From IMG/VR virus record IMGVR_UViG_2531839523_000005: 37,471 nt of DNA, one strand, 5' to 3'. Of the stretch, positions 36,999 through 37,471 are shown in pieces; position 1 is the first letter of the stretch, and each line of letters opens with the position of its first letter. The notes beneath the pieces are model-generated. The model was not told where the DNA came from. It made no database searches and saw only the letters and a list, made by a program, of their open reading frames with translations. A program made the translations under genes and the position numbers. The DNA is from a virus (taxonomy: Duplodnaviria > Heunggongvirae > Uroviricota > Caudoviricetes).

Positions 36999-36999
36999 T

Positions 37000-37177
37000 A
37001 TGCAGAAAAAACGCCTGATACAGCTTATCCATATTGCCCGTAATGAACTGGGTATGGATGAAGACACCTACCGCCAGATGTTACAGGGGCTGACCGGTAA
37101 AGCCTCAACCAAAGGAATGGATACCACACAACTAAACTGCGTGCGTAAGCGTCGTCTCAGCACCGTCTGGCAGATCC
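37000..37177 (+). pseudogene. GemA-like (Mu gp16 / DUF1018-like) gene, interrupted by IS insertion
   Basis: N-terminus …LIQLIHIARNELGMDEDTYRQMLQGLTGKASTKGM… fits the GemA pattern; reading frame runs into the IS terminus and stops after 65 codons. Confidence 0.5.
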
Positions 37178-37471
37178 TGAAATTCCTGAGAGAATAGTGG
37201 ACACCAAATATGGTGGACGCTATTCATGAAATCATTAACCGCAGTGCGTAAAAAAAGCCCTAATTATCCCGTTGAGTTCAAAATCAAAATGGTGGAACTC
37301 TCGCATCGACCAGAGATCTCCGTAGCGCAACTCGCTCGTGAGCATGGGATCAACGATAATTTGCTGTTCAAGTGGCGCCAGTACTGGCGCGAAGGAAAAC
37401 TACGTCCTCCTTCAACAACAGAAAACAACGTGCCTGAGCTGCTCCCGATAACACTTGATGCCGAAGATGTT
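37178..37471 (+). mobile_element. IS3-family insertion sequence, left end (continues beyond window)
   Basis: Terminus TGAAATTCCTGAGAGAATAGTGGACACC resembles the IS3 left inverted repeat (AATAGTGGACAC core) as recalled. Confidence 0.6.
37226..37471 (+). CDS. IS3-family transposase OrfA (HTH), 3' end beyond window
   Basis: MKSLTAVRKKSPNYPVEFKIKMVELSHRPEISVAQLAREHGINDNLLFKWRQYW…. Confidence 0.65.
   Translation, partial: MKSLTAVRKKSPNYPVEFKIKMVELSHRPEISVAQLAREHGINDNLLFKWRQYWREGKLRPPSTTENNVPELLPITLDAEDV

Larger units (their letters stand above)
1095..37471. mobile_element. Mu-like transposable prophage (right end at 1095; continues past window end; carries an IS3-family insertion from 37178)
   Basis: Mu-type gene order on the minus strand (terminase, portal, F, G, I, major head, sheath, tube, tape measure, baseplate, fiber, invertase) plus DDE transposase A, AAA+ B and Gam on the plus strand; terminus begins with TG and has Mu-R1-like sequence. 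Confidence 0.85.

Noticed and set aside
37141-37200. IS66-family terminus (GTAAGCG at 37145)
   Set aside because: The downstream sequence matches an IS3-type inverted repeat better, and the first ORF has the IS3-family OrfA pattern; the IS start was therefore placed at 37178.
1-37471. tRNA, rRNA or other structured RNA genes
   Set aside because: No cloverleaf-like or rRNA-like segments were recognised; intergenic spaces are short and explained by promoters and terminators.

Overview
The window is almost entirely a Mu-like transposable myovirus prophage (1095 to the window end; its left end lies beyond the window) inserted in an Enterobacterial (E. coli/Shigella-type) chromosome. At the left edge, a partial IS1 (1-330) abuts a remnant of a RihA-like ribonucleoside hydrolase gene (331-1094), which is cut at its 3' end by IS1 and at its 5' end by the prophage right terminus at 1095. 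Reading rightward the prophage contains: (i) a Gin/Pin-family DNA invertase next to an invertible tail-fiber segment bounded by perfect 199-bp inverted repeats; (ii) a long minus-strand late operon running from the lysis cassette at 26.2 kb down to the tail fiber at 2.9 kb; (iii) a central 2.4-kb accessory region on the opposite strand (P-loop protein, two small head-to-head ORFs, Dam-family methyltransferase); (iv) an XRE-type repressor with a divergent plus-strand early operon (Ner/Cro-like, DDE transposase A, AAA+ protein B, Gam, and many small unknown genes). The GemA-like gene at the right edge is interrupted by an IS3-family element at 37178. Early and late operons diverge from the central region, which is inverted relative to canonical Mu. 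No tRNA, rRNA or CRISPR array was recognised. All homology calls are from reading the translations by eye; no searches were run.
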